From: Octopus sinensis
Taxonomy: Eukaryota
Direction: 5' to 3'
Assembly (NCBI RefSeq): GCF_006345805.1
Contig: NC_042999.1
Location: 165,230,001 to 165,294,000, forward strand
Length of the DNA: 64,000 nucleotides
Below, one piece after another: positions 23,926-36,226 of the stretch. Position numbers and translations under genes: made by a program. Below the pieces are notes generated by a model. The model did no database searches. It saw only the letters and a list, made by a program, of their open reading frames with translations, and was not told the DNA's origin. The first letter of the stretch is position 1. The number at the start of each line of letters is the position of its first letter.

Positions 23926-24800
23926 ATGACTCCTTCAGCCTCGCATCGGCATCCTACTGGAAAGTTATTATATACCCTGCAACAACAACCTGCCTCCTCC
24001 CTTGTATTGTGGGTATTTGTTAAAAATGCTTTTTATATTAGGTGCAATATTAGCAGATCTCACTCCAGTACAATCGCCACAGCCAGAGATGATGACCAGT
24101 CCGAGACCAGCGTGATAAAGGACGTAGCCAACGTCTCCAATACCACCACCACCACAGATGATGAACAAATCATTATCATAGACACAGATAGAGTGACCAG
24201 CCCTGCACCGAAAGTGACCACCAGTACAATCGCTACACCTAGAGATGATGACCAATCCAGGACCAGCGACATAGAGGTGGTATCCTGCGTTCCCAGTACC
24301 ACTACCACAGATGATGACCAAACAATTATCAACACCGATGGGGTAACCAGCCCCACACCATATGTTACCACCGGCAGCACCCGCACTAGCGTCGGCAGCT
24401 GCATCGCCAACCATTGGACCAGTAGTGATGACCACGGCGACAAGACTGCCGAATCATTGCGCCATATCGACTGCCTCAGCAACGGTGTCACCAACAGCAT
24501 CCCCAGGTCCGGAGCCTATCAGACATATACCAGGAGTGCGAATATGGCCACATCCCAAGTTTGTAATTATATCGGACCAGCCAGTACATGTTTTAAACGT
24601 CGCTTCCGCAACCACCAGTCGACCTTCAGAGTCCAAGAAAGACTGCTTGTCAAGTCCCTGGTCCGCCATGTGGAGCACCTCAAAGATCCAAAGGGACTCC
24701 ATATGATATCAGGTGGAAAATAATAGATCATCTAGGCCCATATATTAATTACATGGAAAAATGCGAGCAAGAGAAATAATATTCTTAAGATTATAAACCT
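23926..24800 (+). pseudogene. PLE fragment: Thr/Asp-rich linker + GIY-YIG N-terminal half
   Basis: NYIGPASTCFKRRFRNHQSTFR is the YIG...FKxRxxNHxSxFR motif; it follows an internally duplicated ~150-bp linker. Confidence 0.65.
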
Positions 24801-25625
24801 GGAAAAAAGTACAGGACAAGTTATTACGCTTGGAAAAGTTCAGGACAAGTTATTACATCTGGTAAAGTACAGAACAAGAAAGATTTTTACTTAAAATATT
24901 TGCAGCTAAGGATAAAATTTCAGATAAAATATTCAGATTTAGAAAATATTAAAACTAAAAATTTTATTACAAGTTATTACTTCTATTTGTTATTACTTGT
25001 TTCTTCTATTAAAAATAAAAAATAATTCAAAATATTTTTTGCACTTTAAAAAAATTCATTTTTTAATAATTAATTAATAATTAGAAATTTGAAAATACGT
25101 CATAAAAAGTAATAGTAGTACATAATTAGTACAATAAATAGAATAATACAAAAATTAGTTATATATTACAATAAAAGCTACCTATAACAAATAATTCACA
25201 GAAAAATTTGCTTGAGTTATTGCCTAAAATATTACCAAGTCTTCACATTTTTAGTCTTGACCCAATGCCTATTTTTTAAATAATGAATTTGCCTACCAGA
25301 TATACTATTCTACTTTGCATAAAACTTTAGCTATATTGGTACTTCTGGCTTTCATTTTTTAAGTCTTCTAGTATGTCAAAATTTTGATCTGGAGAGGAAG
25401 AGATGCAAAAGCGTCGAGGATATATAATTAAGTATTTTTCGATATAACAGACAGTGAATACGAGACTCACAAGACATGAAAAATGTAAAGTGTAGGTCCA
25501 AACGACTGGAACAGAAACTCCATAAAGAACATGGATAAGGGAGGAAGGAAGTACAGAAAATACATTCGTTTTCCTTGACCGAAACAATATGAAACAAAAT
25601 GAAACCAAAGTGTGTGTGTCTGACC

Positions 25626-25793
25626 CAGTGCTCCGCAACCGGTATTCCGATATGACGATACTAGGTGTGCCGCAGTGTAACCTGAGAATAATTTTTTCAC
25701 TATACTCTTAGTTATATATTTAATTCAGGTGTGCCGCCGAATTTCGAAAAGAATATAAGGTTACCGCAAGTGAAAAAAAGTTGCGGAGCATTG
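25626..25793. mobile_element. hAT (Charlie-like) MITE, 168 bp
   Basis: TIRs CAGTGCTCCGCAAC / GTTGCGGAGCATTG; 8-bp TSD GTCTGACC / GTCTGACG. Confidence 0.85.
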
Positions 25794-26057
25794 GTCTGAC
25801 GTGAGAGAAAAAGTTTGAAATGTAATTCTTTTGATGTTAGTTTTAAACAGGCAAGACCGAATAGCAAGAAAGACGTGTGGTAGCTACGTATGTCACAAAG
25901 ACAAAGGATATTAAAGTGATAGTAGAAGGAACATGGGTGCTGAGAAAGAATATAGACAAACGAAAGACTGTGTGTGAGAGAAAAGCAGTGGGACGGTAGA
26001 GTAATGACTAGAAAAAGAGAGAGGGGTGTTGCAAGAGAGATAATGATTGTAGCAAAC

Positions 26058-26462
26058 GGCGGCGAGTTGGCAGAATCGTTAGCACGCCGGGAAAAATGCT
26101 TAATGGCATTTCGTCCGTCTTTACGTTCTAAGTTCAAGTTCCGCCAAGGTCGACTTTGCCTTTCATCTTTTCGGGGTCGATAAATTAAGTACCAGTTGCG
26201 TACTGGGGTCGATCTAATCGACTGGACCCCTCCCCAAAATTTTCGGGCCTTGTGACTAGAGAAGAAAAGAATCGTTAGCACGCCGGGAAAAATGCTTAGT
26301 GGCATTCCGTTCGTCTTTATGTTCTGAGTTCAAGTTTCGCGGAGGTCGATTTTGCCTTTCATCCTTTCGGGGTCGATAAAATAAGTACCATTTGAACACT
26401 GGGGTCGATATAATTGACTTCTCTCTCCCCCAAAACTGCTGGCCTTGTACCAAAAATTTGAA
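26058..26462 (+). mobile_element. Two tandem tRNA-derived SINEs (family B)
   Basis: GGCGGCGAGTTGGCAGAATCGTTAGC head with GTTCAAGTTCC B-box; the unit restarts at about 26270. Confidence 0.85.
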
Positions 26463-26685
26463 ATCAATATTTGCAGATAGTATCAAGAACTTATAGTAAA
26501 AACAATATTATTTCCTAAAATAGTCACAATGCTTCAGATTTACGCGGATGTGTATCATCGATTATAACGATTTTAGTATTCGAATGATACTTTATTTTAT
26601 CGATTCTACCTATCCATAATACTCTGCTGTAATGTTATATCTCCCTCTGTCTATCTATCCGTCTGTCTGTCTATCTGTCTGCCTG

Positions 26686-26735
<50 letters not shown>

Positions 26736-27358
26736 ATATATATATATATATATAAATATGTGCATATATACATACTTATATGTACATACCTACATATATG
26801 TGTATATATACATGCATATATGGGTAAAAAAAAAAGTGGACAGAATGAGAAACAAGAATATAAAAAACAAAAACATAGAAAACGAACTTTTTTCGAATAA
26901 CGAAAAGACAGAGAAACGAAACATGCAACATAAAGAACATTCCCTTCATCAGTTGTCCTCTGTTTCATCTACTCCGCGTTACGAAGGTAAGGACAAGATG
27001 CGATTTCGTTAAAACAGTCCTTCCTGCAAAGCAAATTAAATCAAATTTGGGATGTTTTGCGGAGGGTGAAAGTGGTAACAAAAACAGGACAGTGAGAACA
27101 AAACAGTAGAAACAAACGGTGAGGGCTGTTAAGCCAAGACGATGTGAAATGCTAAACACTGGAAAAACGAGCTTTGAGAAGAGACAAATCAGGTCATCCC
27201 ATACGTAATGTCTAGACTTCTATATTTTCAATTTGTAAACTATTTAACAATATTTTATAATGTCTAATGGCATCAAGTAATATTTATATGTATTTAGACA
27301 TATTTAAAGAAATTAAATCTCCTTTTGCAGGATAATCTAATCGAAATTTCACTTCGAA

Positions 27359-27478
27359 CATGGTAGCGTCTAAGTCGCATTTGAGGCACATAATGCTTTA
27401 TGAGTTTTAAAAAAAGGAACTCTGCAGCTGAAGCCACTCGAAATATTCACTCAGCTCATGGAGAAAAGTGCCTGAATA
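27359..27478 (+). pseudogene. Mariner transposase N-terminal fragment
   Basis: MVASKSHLRHIMLYEF-KKGNSAAEATRNIHSAHGEK (one frameshift), cut off by the satellite. Confidence 0.75.
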
Positions 27479-27482
27479 TATG

Positions 27483-29521
27483 TATGCCCTAAGTCTTGAA
27501 CTTACAGGTATGCCCTAAGTTTTGAACTTACAGGTATGCCCTAAGTCTTGAACTTACAGGTATGCCCTAAGTCTTGAACTTACAGGTATGCCCTAAGTCT
27601 TGAACTTATAGGTATGCCCTAAGTCTTGAACTTACAGGTATGCCCTAAGTCTTGAACTTACAGCTATGCCCTAAGTCTTGAACTTACAGGTATGCCCTAA
27701 GTCTTGAACTTACAGGTATGCCCTAAGTCTTGAACTTACAGGTATGCCCTAAGTCTTGAACTTACAGGTATGCCCTAAGTCTTGAACTTACAGGTATGCC
27801 CTAAGTCTTGAACTTACAGGTATGCCCTAAGTCTTGAACTTACAGCTATGCCCTAAGTCTTGAACTTACAGGTATGCCCTAAGTCTTGAACTTACAGGTA
27901 TGCCCTAAGTCTTGAACTTACAGGTATGCCCTAAGTCTTGAACTTACAGGTATGCCCTAAGTCTTGAACTTACAGGTATGCCCTAAGTCTTGAACTTACA
28001 GGTATGCCCTAAGTCTTGAACTTACAGCTATGCCCTAAGTCTTGAACTTACAGGTATGCCCTAAGTCTTGAACTTACAGGTATGCCCTAAGTCTTGAACT
28101 TACAGGTATGCCCTAAGTCTTGAACTTACAGCTATGCCCTAAGTCTTGAACTTACAGGTATGCCCTAAGTCTTGAACTTACAGGTATGCCCTAAGTCTTG
28201 AACTTACAGGTATGCCTAAGTCTTGAACTTACAGGTATGCCCTAAGTCTGAACTTACAGGTATGCCCTAAGTCTTGAACTTACAGGTATGCCCTAAGTCT
28301 TGAACTTACAGGTATGCCCTAAGTCTTGAACTTACAGGTATGCCCTAAGTCTTGAACTTACAGGTATGCCCTAAGCCTTGAACTTACAGGTATGCCCTAA
28401 GTCTTGAACTTACAGGTATGCCCTAAGCCTTGAACTTACAGGTATGCCCTAAGTCTTGAACTTACAGGTATGCCCTAAGTCTTGAACTTACAGGTATGCC
28501 CTAAGTCTTGAACTTACAGGTATGCCCTAAGTCTTGAACTTACAGGTATGCCCTAAGTCTTGAACTTACAGGTATGCCCTAAGTCTTGAACTTACGGTAT
28601 GCCCTAGTCTTGAACTTACAGGTATGCCCTAGTCTTGAACTTACAGGTATGCCCTAAGTCTTGAACTTACAGGTATGCCCTAAGTCTTGAACTTACGGTA
28701 TGCCCTAAGTCTTGAACTTACAGGTATGCCCTAAGTCTTGAACTTACAGGTATGCCCTAAGTCTTGAACTTACAGGTAGCCCTAAGTCTTGAACTTACAG
28801 GTATGCCCTAAGTCTTGAACTTACAGGTATGCCCTAAGCCTTGAACTTACAGGTATGCCCTAAGTCTTGACTTACAGGTATGCCCTAAGCCTTGAACTTA
28901 CAGGTATGCCCTAAGTCTTGAACTTACAGTATGCCCTAAGTCCTTGAACTTACAGGTATGCCTAAGTCTTGAACTTACAGTATGCCCTAAGTCTTGAACT
29001 TACAGGTATGCCCTAAGTCTTGAACTTACAGGTATGCCCTAAGTCTTGAACTTACAGGTATGCCCTAAGTCTTGAACTTACAGGTATGCCCTAATCTTGA
29101 ACTTACAGGTATGCCCTAAGTCTTGAACTTAAGGTATGCCCTAAGTCTTGAACTTACAGGTATGCCCTAAGTCTTGAACTTACGGTATGCCCTAATCTTG
29201 AACTTACAGGTATGCCCTAAGTCTTGAACTTACAGTATGCCCTAAGTCTTAACTTACAGGTATGCCCTAGTCTTGAACTTACAGGTATGCCCTAACCTTG
29301 AACTTACAGGTATGCCTAAGTCTTGAACTACAGGTATGCCCTAAGCTTGAACTTACAGGTATGCCCTAAGTCTTGAACTTACAGCTATGCCCTAAGTCCT
29401 TGAACTTACAGGTATGCCCTAAGTCTTGAACTTACAGCTATGCCCTAAGTCTTGAACTTACAGGTATGCCCTAAGTCTTGAACTTACAGGTATGCCCTAA
29501 GCCTTGAACTTACAGGTATGC
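27483..29521. repeat. 26-bp minisatellite (TATGCCCTAAGTCTTGAACTTACAGG), about 78 copies
   Basis: Direct reading; homogeneous with sporadic single-base variants and indels, no spacers. Confidence 0.97.
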
Positions 29522-30552
29522 TATCAACTAGAAGTGCTGCATTTGCTTATTTTAAAAGCAATTATGTATATAAAACTAAATATGTGAATACATGTATATC
29601 ATGTCAGTTATATAGCCCGTTATTTCATACTATATATATGTTGTATGTATGTAAGTTACACACATACACATAATTTTATAAAGCGATTTAAATTGCAAGA
29701 CATACAACTGCATATGAATCTTTATAGATCGAAAAAAAAACTAGGAGAACTTATGTATTATGGTTCAAGTTTCCTTTCACTTGTTTCCATAAGATCAACG
29801 GCTACATTTAGAAAGCAACAAAATAGGGGAGCCGGTACATAAATTGTTTAATTACGTTATCTGACACATGTTTCAGTGAATATAATTACATAATTATGCA
29901 ATCCTGCCGAGATAAGTTTTTTTAGGTCTTCACTTCGTCAAAGACTCATAACGGAATGACATTACCGTTTCATATAGAACACTCACCCTCCTCACTCTCC
30001 TCTCTCTCTCTCTCACTCACTCCCTCTCTCTCTCTATCTCTATATATGTATCTCTTCTCGCCTCTTCTCCCCACCACTCTTTATCTCTATCTATCTGTCT
30101 CTTCTCATATTCCCACCTCTCTCTCTCTCTCTCTCTTTATTTTTATTTTTCACTCTCTATTTTCCTTTTTTATCAACTATTTTTTCGCTTGCTTCTTTGG
30201 ATTTTTAAAACAGATTTCTTTCGACAACACCTAACTTTGTTCAGTGCACACACGCTTTCTTATATACTTCTTACTGGCTTTCAATTCACTTTCTTTCCCA
30301 TTCTCACTTTCCCAGACACTTCTGTGAATTGTCTCCTTTTTATCAATATTCTTTTATTCTCTCGCTTGTTTCAATTATCGGACTGTGGCCATACTGAGGC
30401 TCCACCTTCAAGGGCTCAGTCAAACAAATCTACCCCTCTCCATCCCACACTGTTCTTATTAATGGTTTTTTAAGTTTGATACTTATTCTATTGGATTCTT
30501 TGCTGATTTGGTAGTCGGAAACCATGAGAAGACCATCGTATATTTATATATC

Positions 30553-30614
<62 letters not shown>

Positions 30615-30616
<2 letters not shown>

Positions 30617-31576
30617 TTAATCCAAACAAGAAATCACAAAAAAACACAACAACGCGAGGACGTGGAACAAATATAGTATTAGTGGACGCTCAGGAGAGAA
30701 GGAAAGGAGGGTTTAACTTATATGTGTTTGTGTGTGTGTTATCCCCTATTGCGTTTTTGTTCCATTTTTATATTTATATATACATATAGCGGCGTACGTA
30801 CACACTTGTGCTCTCCTTATAGTAGGTGTGTATCTAAATTTTGTACGACTCTTACTCTATCTTTTAGTCCCCCTCTTACTTTCTTCCTTTTTCTTTTTCT
30901 CCCTCCCCCTCTGTCTCACATTTCTTGGTCCACTCTTCTTTAATTCCCACTATTTCCCACTCGTTTATCTCCCCTGTACCTTTCTCTTTGTCTCTGATTT
31001 TTTTTCTAATCCTTCGAGCCCTCTGCCTCTTATCCATCTCTCCTCCTGGTAACTGGTGTCCGGTCAGCTATGATCTTTCCTTCTTGACCTGATCGCCGAC
31101 TGCCAACATCTCTTATGTCCATCTCCTATGTTCCTGCCTTTAGACTTTCACTTCATACACACCAGCTCAATTGGATTCGTTCTCAGTCGAAAGACACCTG
31201 CTGTTTGTATTCGTAATTGTGTACCGTTTTTTTTTTGTCTTTTGTGTACCATGTTCGTTTTTTTTTTGTCTTTGTTACCGCACACATTCGCTAGCTTTCT
31301 TACTAAGGGGTCTAATGCTCTTAGCTTAGACTTTTGGTGGGGGCAATCAGATCGAACCGTCTCAAGTGTAACTGCCCGAAACGGTCGTAACTTCTAGTAC
31401 TTGACTGAAGAAAGAAGGCCACGAATGACCCGTCTTTTTTGCCTATCCTTCTAATTGTTGTTTCTCTTGTTTGCCTTTGTATCGTCTATCTGTCCGAATG
31501 TTTTACTGTCCTCTATTGCGTTTTTGTTCCATTTTTATGTATATGTGTGTGTGTGTACACAGACATATACATATAC

Positions 31577-31607
<31 letters not shown>

Positions 31608-31900
31608 ATATATATATAATATATATATATATATGTATATGTAAAAAATACAAACTGGGACAAGAACGCAAAACATTTAGAAGACGATACAAAAAACACG
31701 GACGGGACATTCGAAGCCTTCAATCTTCAGTCAAGAACCGGATCATCCTTGCAATTTCGGCTGATTAATCTTGAGATCGCTCCGATCCGGCCAGCCCCAA
31801 GGAAAAACTAAGCTACGAGCATTAGATTTCTTGGAAAAAGGATCGAATGTATACGAAATAAGGACAGAAAAACGGACGATGCCACACGAATATAAATACA
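30615..31900. mobile_element. Cluster of PLE-type terminal-repeat fragments, including a diverged inverted pair (about 31250-31530 vs 31640-31900)
   Basis: Shared TCTAATGCTC-TAGCTTAG and CTTGACTGAAGA motifs in opposite orientations around (TA)n. Confidence 0.55.
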
Positions 31901-33069
31901 AAAAACAATAATAGTAATAGCAGGACAAAAATACCGGGTGTCTTACGACTATAGACAGTACAACTTAGCTTAGCTGGCGTATTTGGAAAAAAATGCCTTT
32001 TTCGGCAGCGCATAAGTTTGCACCTGCACGTATGTGTCAGTGTATGTTTGTAACCCCCACGCGCAACCTGACGGTCGGTGTTGGTGTGTTTACGTCCCCC
32101 GTAAGTTAGCGGTTTAGCAAAAGTGATTGATGGAATAAATACCACGCTTACAAACACAAGTACTGGAATCGATTTGTTATTTGTTAGACCAAAATTCTTC
32201 AAGGCGGTACATCAGTCTAGTGACTGAAGCAAGTAAGTGGTAAAAGATATACCCATGGGCTTCCTCTCTGTTTCCTTCAACCAAACTCACTCACAAGACA
32301 CTGATCAGTCCGGCACTGTAACAGAAGACACTTCATCAATGTGACACGGACTGAGACTGAACCTGAAACCAGATGGTAGTGATGCGAATTTCTTAACCAC
32401 ACAGCCATACCTGGAAATTTCTTTCTGTTTTGATCAAATAAGCAAAGACGTTATTCAGCTTTCAGAGTTTCGGAGCTCAGAAGGGTACAAAATATTTCAT
32501 AGTGAAAGCTTTAAGTTTAAAAGCGCATGGCTCAGTGTTGAAGGCGCATGGCTCAGAGGTTAGAATGTAGAAGGTAGTGAATTCGATTCTCGGACCGAAA
32601 TGTGTTGTTTTCTTGAGGAAAATGCTTTATTTCACGCTGCTCCACTTCACTCAACTGTAGAAGTGAGTTGCAATGTCACTGGTGCCAAGCTGTATCGGCC
32701 TTTGCCTTCTCCTTCGATAACTTCGGTGACGTAAAGAAAGAGACTAGTATGCATGGGTGACTGCTGGTCTTCCATAAAGCAACTTTGTCCAGACTTGTGC
32801 CTTGGAGAGTAACTGTTTAGGTGCAATCCCATGGGCAGTCATGACCGAAGGCAGCCTTTGCCGTAAATTTAAGAGCGCATGAGCCGAAACATTTTTGTGG
32901 TAGAATGGACTGTTTTTCACAAACTTTGTCGAAAACGTAAACATATAAACAAATTCTGAATTTCTGTATCTTGTATACTCGTTTCAGTCATTGGACTGTA
33001 GACATACTGGGACCACCACTTTGAAGGATTTAGTCGAACAAATCAACCCCAATATTTACAATATTTACA

Positions 33070-33144
33070 CAACGCTATATGCCCGTAGTGGTTAAGAGCG
33101 CGGGCTACTAGCCCCAAGATACCGAGTTCGATTCCAGGCAGTGA

Positions 33145-33176
<32 letters not shown>

Positions 33177-33188
33177 TAATAATAATAA

Positions 33189-33219
<31 letters not shown>

Positions 33220-33251
33220 AAGAAGAAGAAGAAGAAGAAGAAGAAGAAGAA

Positions 33252-33328
<77 letters not shown>

Positions 33329-33351
33329 TAATAATAATGATGCTGATGATG

Positions 33352-33414
<63 letters not shown>

Positions 33415-33650
33415 GTAATGATGCTGATGATGATGATGATGATGATGATGATGACAACAACAACATCGAAAAATACCTTAGGAATGAGAACCCAGGTTCG
33501 AAATTTCCCAAGACACTTGATGAAGGTTGGAGGGTATATCGGCCGAAACGGTGTGTTAACAACAAACAAGGTGAGGACAAATATCCGTCAATTGTAAAAA
33601 CAATGTAAATAATGTACATAATTCCTCATCGCTTAAATACAGAACTGAAA
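33070..33650 (+). mobile_element. Solo PLE terminal repeat: tRNA-like head + compound trinucleotide tract + HHR-bearing tail
   Basis: A-box-like GCCCGTAGTGG and B-box GAGTTCGATTC, (AAT)/(GAA)/(GAT) tract, and a tail matching 53040-53170 with a decayed HHR at 33512-33557. Confidence 0.75.
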
Positions 33651-34119
33651 TCAACGCCACTACTTATTTTCTGTCTACCAAATCCACTCTCAAGGCTTTG
33701 GTTGGCCTAGGCCTATATTAGAAGAAGCCGTGCAGTGGGACTGAACACAGGACCATATGGTGGGAAACAAGTTTCACAACCACACACGCACACCTAGAAA
33801 AATGAATAATATGTATACACCTCACTTTCATTAGCAAGGTGACAGAATAACCGCTGTTTTTATAACCAATTTACCGAAGCAACAGAAGTTCGATATAACA
33901 ACTGAAAGTGAATTAACAATTGCATATGCGTAAAAGCTATACATCTGAAAGGGCTCAAATTTCACAGTCAAACACCAATAATTATATTCGGCAAAATATT
34001 TATATTATTTTTTTCATTAGAAACACGGATACGTCTAGGGAAACGGTTTATAGAATATGCATGCACTTATTTTAATGCATGCAGCGTGATTTATTGTTCA
34101 CAAGTCATTCCATTTACGC

Positions 34120-34159
<40 letters not shown>

Positions 34160-34410
34160 CGCGCGCGCGTGTGGTGTGTGCGTGCGTATGTGTGCAGGGC
34201 ATTCGTAAAACTTGATAGGCCTAATACAATTTAGGAATCAAATACGCTAAAATAGTGCTGGCATCTATTCAAATCTTTTAATAGGAGATGAGCAGAAGAA
34301 ATAAATTTATCACACATTGATCACTAACACACACACGCACACACACTCACATACACACACACATAAGGCACGTAGATATACAGATACATACATATATATA
34401 TACACACATA

Positions 34411-34447
<37 letters not shown>

Positions 34448-34466
34448 ATGTATGTATGTATACATA

Positions 34467-34554
<88 letters not shown>

Positions 34555-34779
34555 ACGTATGTATGTATGTATGGTGTGTGAAATTGTAACAGAATTTCTA
34601 AATGTGGCTTAATCAATCGGATAATTTTATTGCATAATGTAATTCATCGATTGATTTTTATTCATTGAAGCATGAAGTGCTATGTTAAAAACATGACTGT
34701 TTTATTTGGAGGCCGAAGCTGTTATAAGCAGTTTATTTTTAATACTGTTGGAATGACGTTTCTGACAGTTAATTGATAT

Positions 34780-35035
<256 letters not shown>

Positions 35036-35343
35036 GTTTTTGTTATATGGCAGTGCTGATTGTGCAGGCTTGTCGCCAAAGACATTCCAGTTGTGACTAT
35101 TCCGTCAGCGTTTTCCAGAGATAACTAGGTTTCAATTATCGAATATATATTTTTTTCTTTATTACAATCTTTGCCATAGAAGACACATTTGTAAAGAGGT
35201 CTAACTGCTGTTTCTTGCAGTTCTAATAACTACGTAGAAACGGATGATAGTATAAGACCCCTATGCTGTTAAACATGCAATCCACATTTCAAGAAACCAT
35301 AATGGTACACACTCACGAACGACCATACGTACGCACACACATA

Positions 35344-36226
35344 CGAGGTGACATCAACACTATCCCAGACTAGTTATGTTTCCCTTGTGGGTAATAATAA
35401 AACATATCCCAGACTAGTTATGTTTATTAAAAATTAACTTATTTACCTGAATTTTAACATCATTTCCTTTGAAAAAATCACATTGCTCAGGAATACACCG
35501 GCCCCAGCGTTCCTGCCAATTTTGGAACCCGGCCTGGAAGTCGTTTTTTGTAAGGGAATCGAGGACCCTCGGCGATTCTCTCTGATTCTCGACAACGGTG
35601 TAAAAAAAAAGGCCATCCTTGAGCTGCATTTTCATCTCGAGAAAGAAATGGGAGCTCACAGGTACTAAATCAGGCGAAAGGGGTCGGTGTGGAAGCGATG
35701 CCATGTTGTTTTTGGCGAGTAACTCACGAGTGAGGATAGCCCGGTAACATAGTGCATTGTCGTTATGAAGAATCCAATACTTCGCACTCCATGGATCCGG
35801 TCATTTTCGCCGAAAGTCCCTTCTCAAACGCTTCAAAACGTCGCAGAAGAACTCTCGATTCTCAATGCAGAATACCGCATCGAAAAGAACGATGAGCTCC
35901 GGCTCAGTCATGCCTTTTGAAGCGCTCGTGCCACTTGAAACATAGCCTCGTCGCCGTAATCTTGCCGAAACATATTCAATGTCTCTATAGCAGACTTCCC
36001 AAGTTTAACTCAAAATTTCACGTTGGATCTTTGTTCCAGTTTCCAGACCATGGCAAAAATCGCAGACTACAGCAAACACGTGATCACAAAAACAACTCTC
36101 ACAACTTTCGAAGTTAACACAGCGATGTCACTGGGTACACTGCCATATGAAGATCACTGCTAGTTCTCATTGCGCCATCTGTTGGCGTGCTATAGAACTA
36201 GTGCGAGACGTTCTGAGATCACCTTG
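35344..36226 (-). mobile_element. Internally deleted mariner relic
   Basis: Degenerate TA-flanked TIRs (CGAGGTGA.. / ..TCACCTTG); C-terminal transposase HRPLSPDLVP...FQAGFQNWQERWGRCI. Confidence 0.8.

Noticed and set aside
23968-24702. Minus-strand ORFs of 155, 146 and 82 aa
   Set aside because: Shadows of the GC-rich PLE linker; only the + frame has the YIG motif.
27483-29521. CRISPR-like regular repeat
   Set aside because: Head-to-tail 26-mers with no unique spacers, no cas genes, and a eukaryotic context.
29794-29834. LRR-like peptide QRLHLESNKIGEP
   Set aside because: A single short match with a weak donor and no neighbouring LRR exons.
31396-31740. CTGAAGA motifs as hammerheads
   Set aside because: I could not fold helix II, GAAA and helix III in either copy.
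33073-33145. Functional tRNA gene
   Set aside because: A and B boxes are present, but the acceptor and anticodon stems do not close; it is embedded in a repeat, so it is treated as tRNA-derived.
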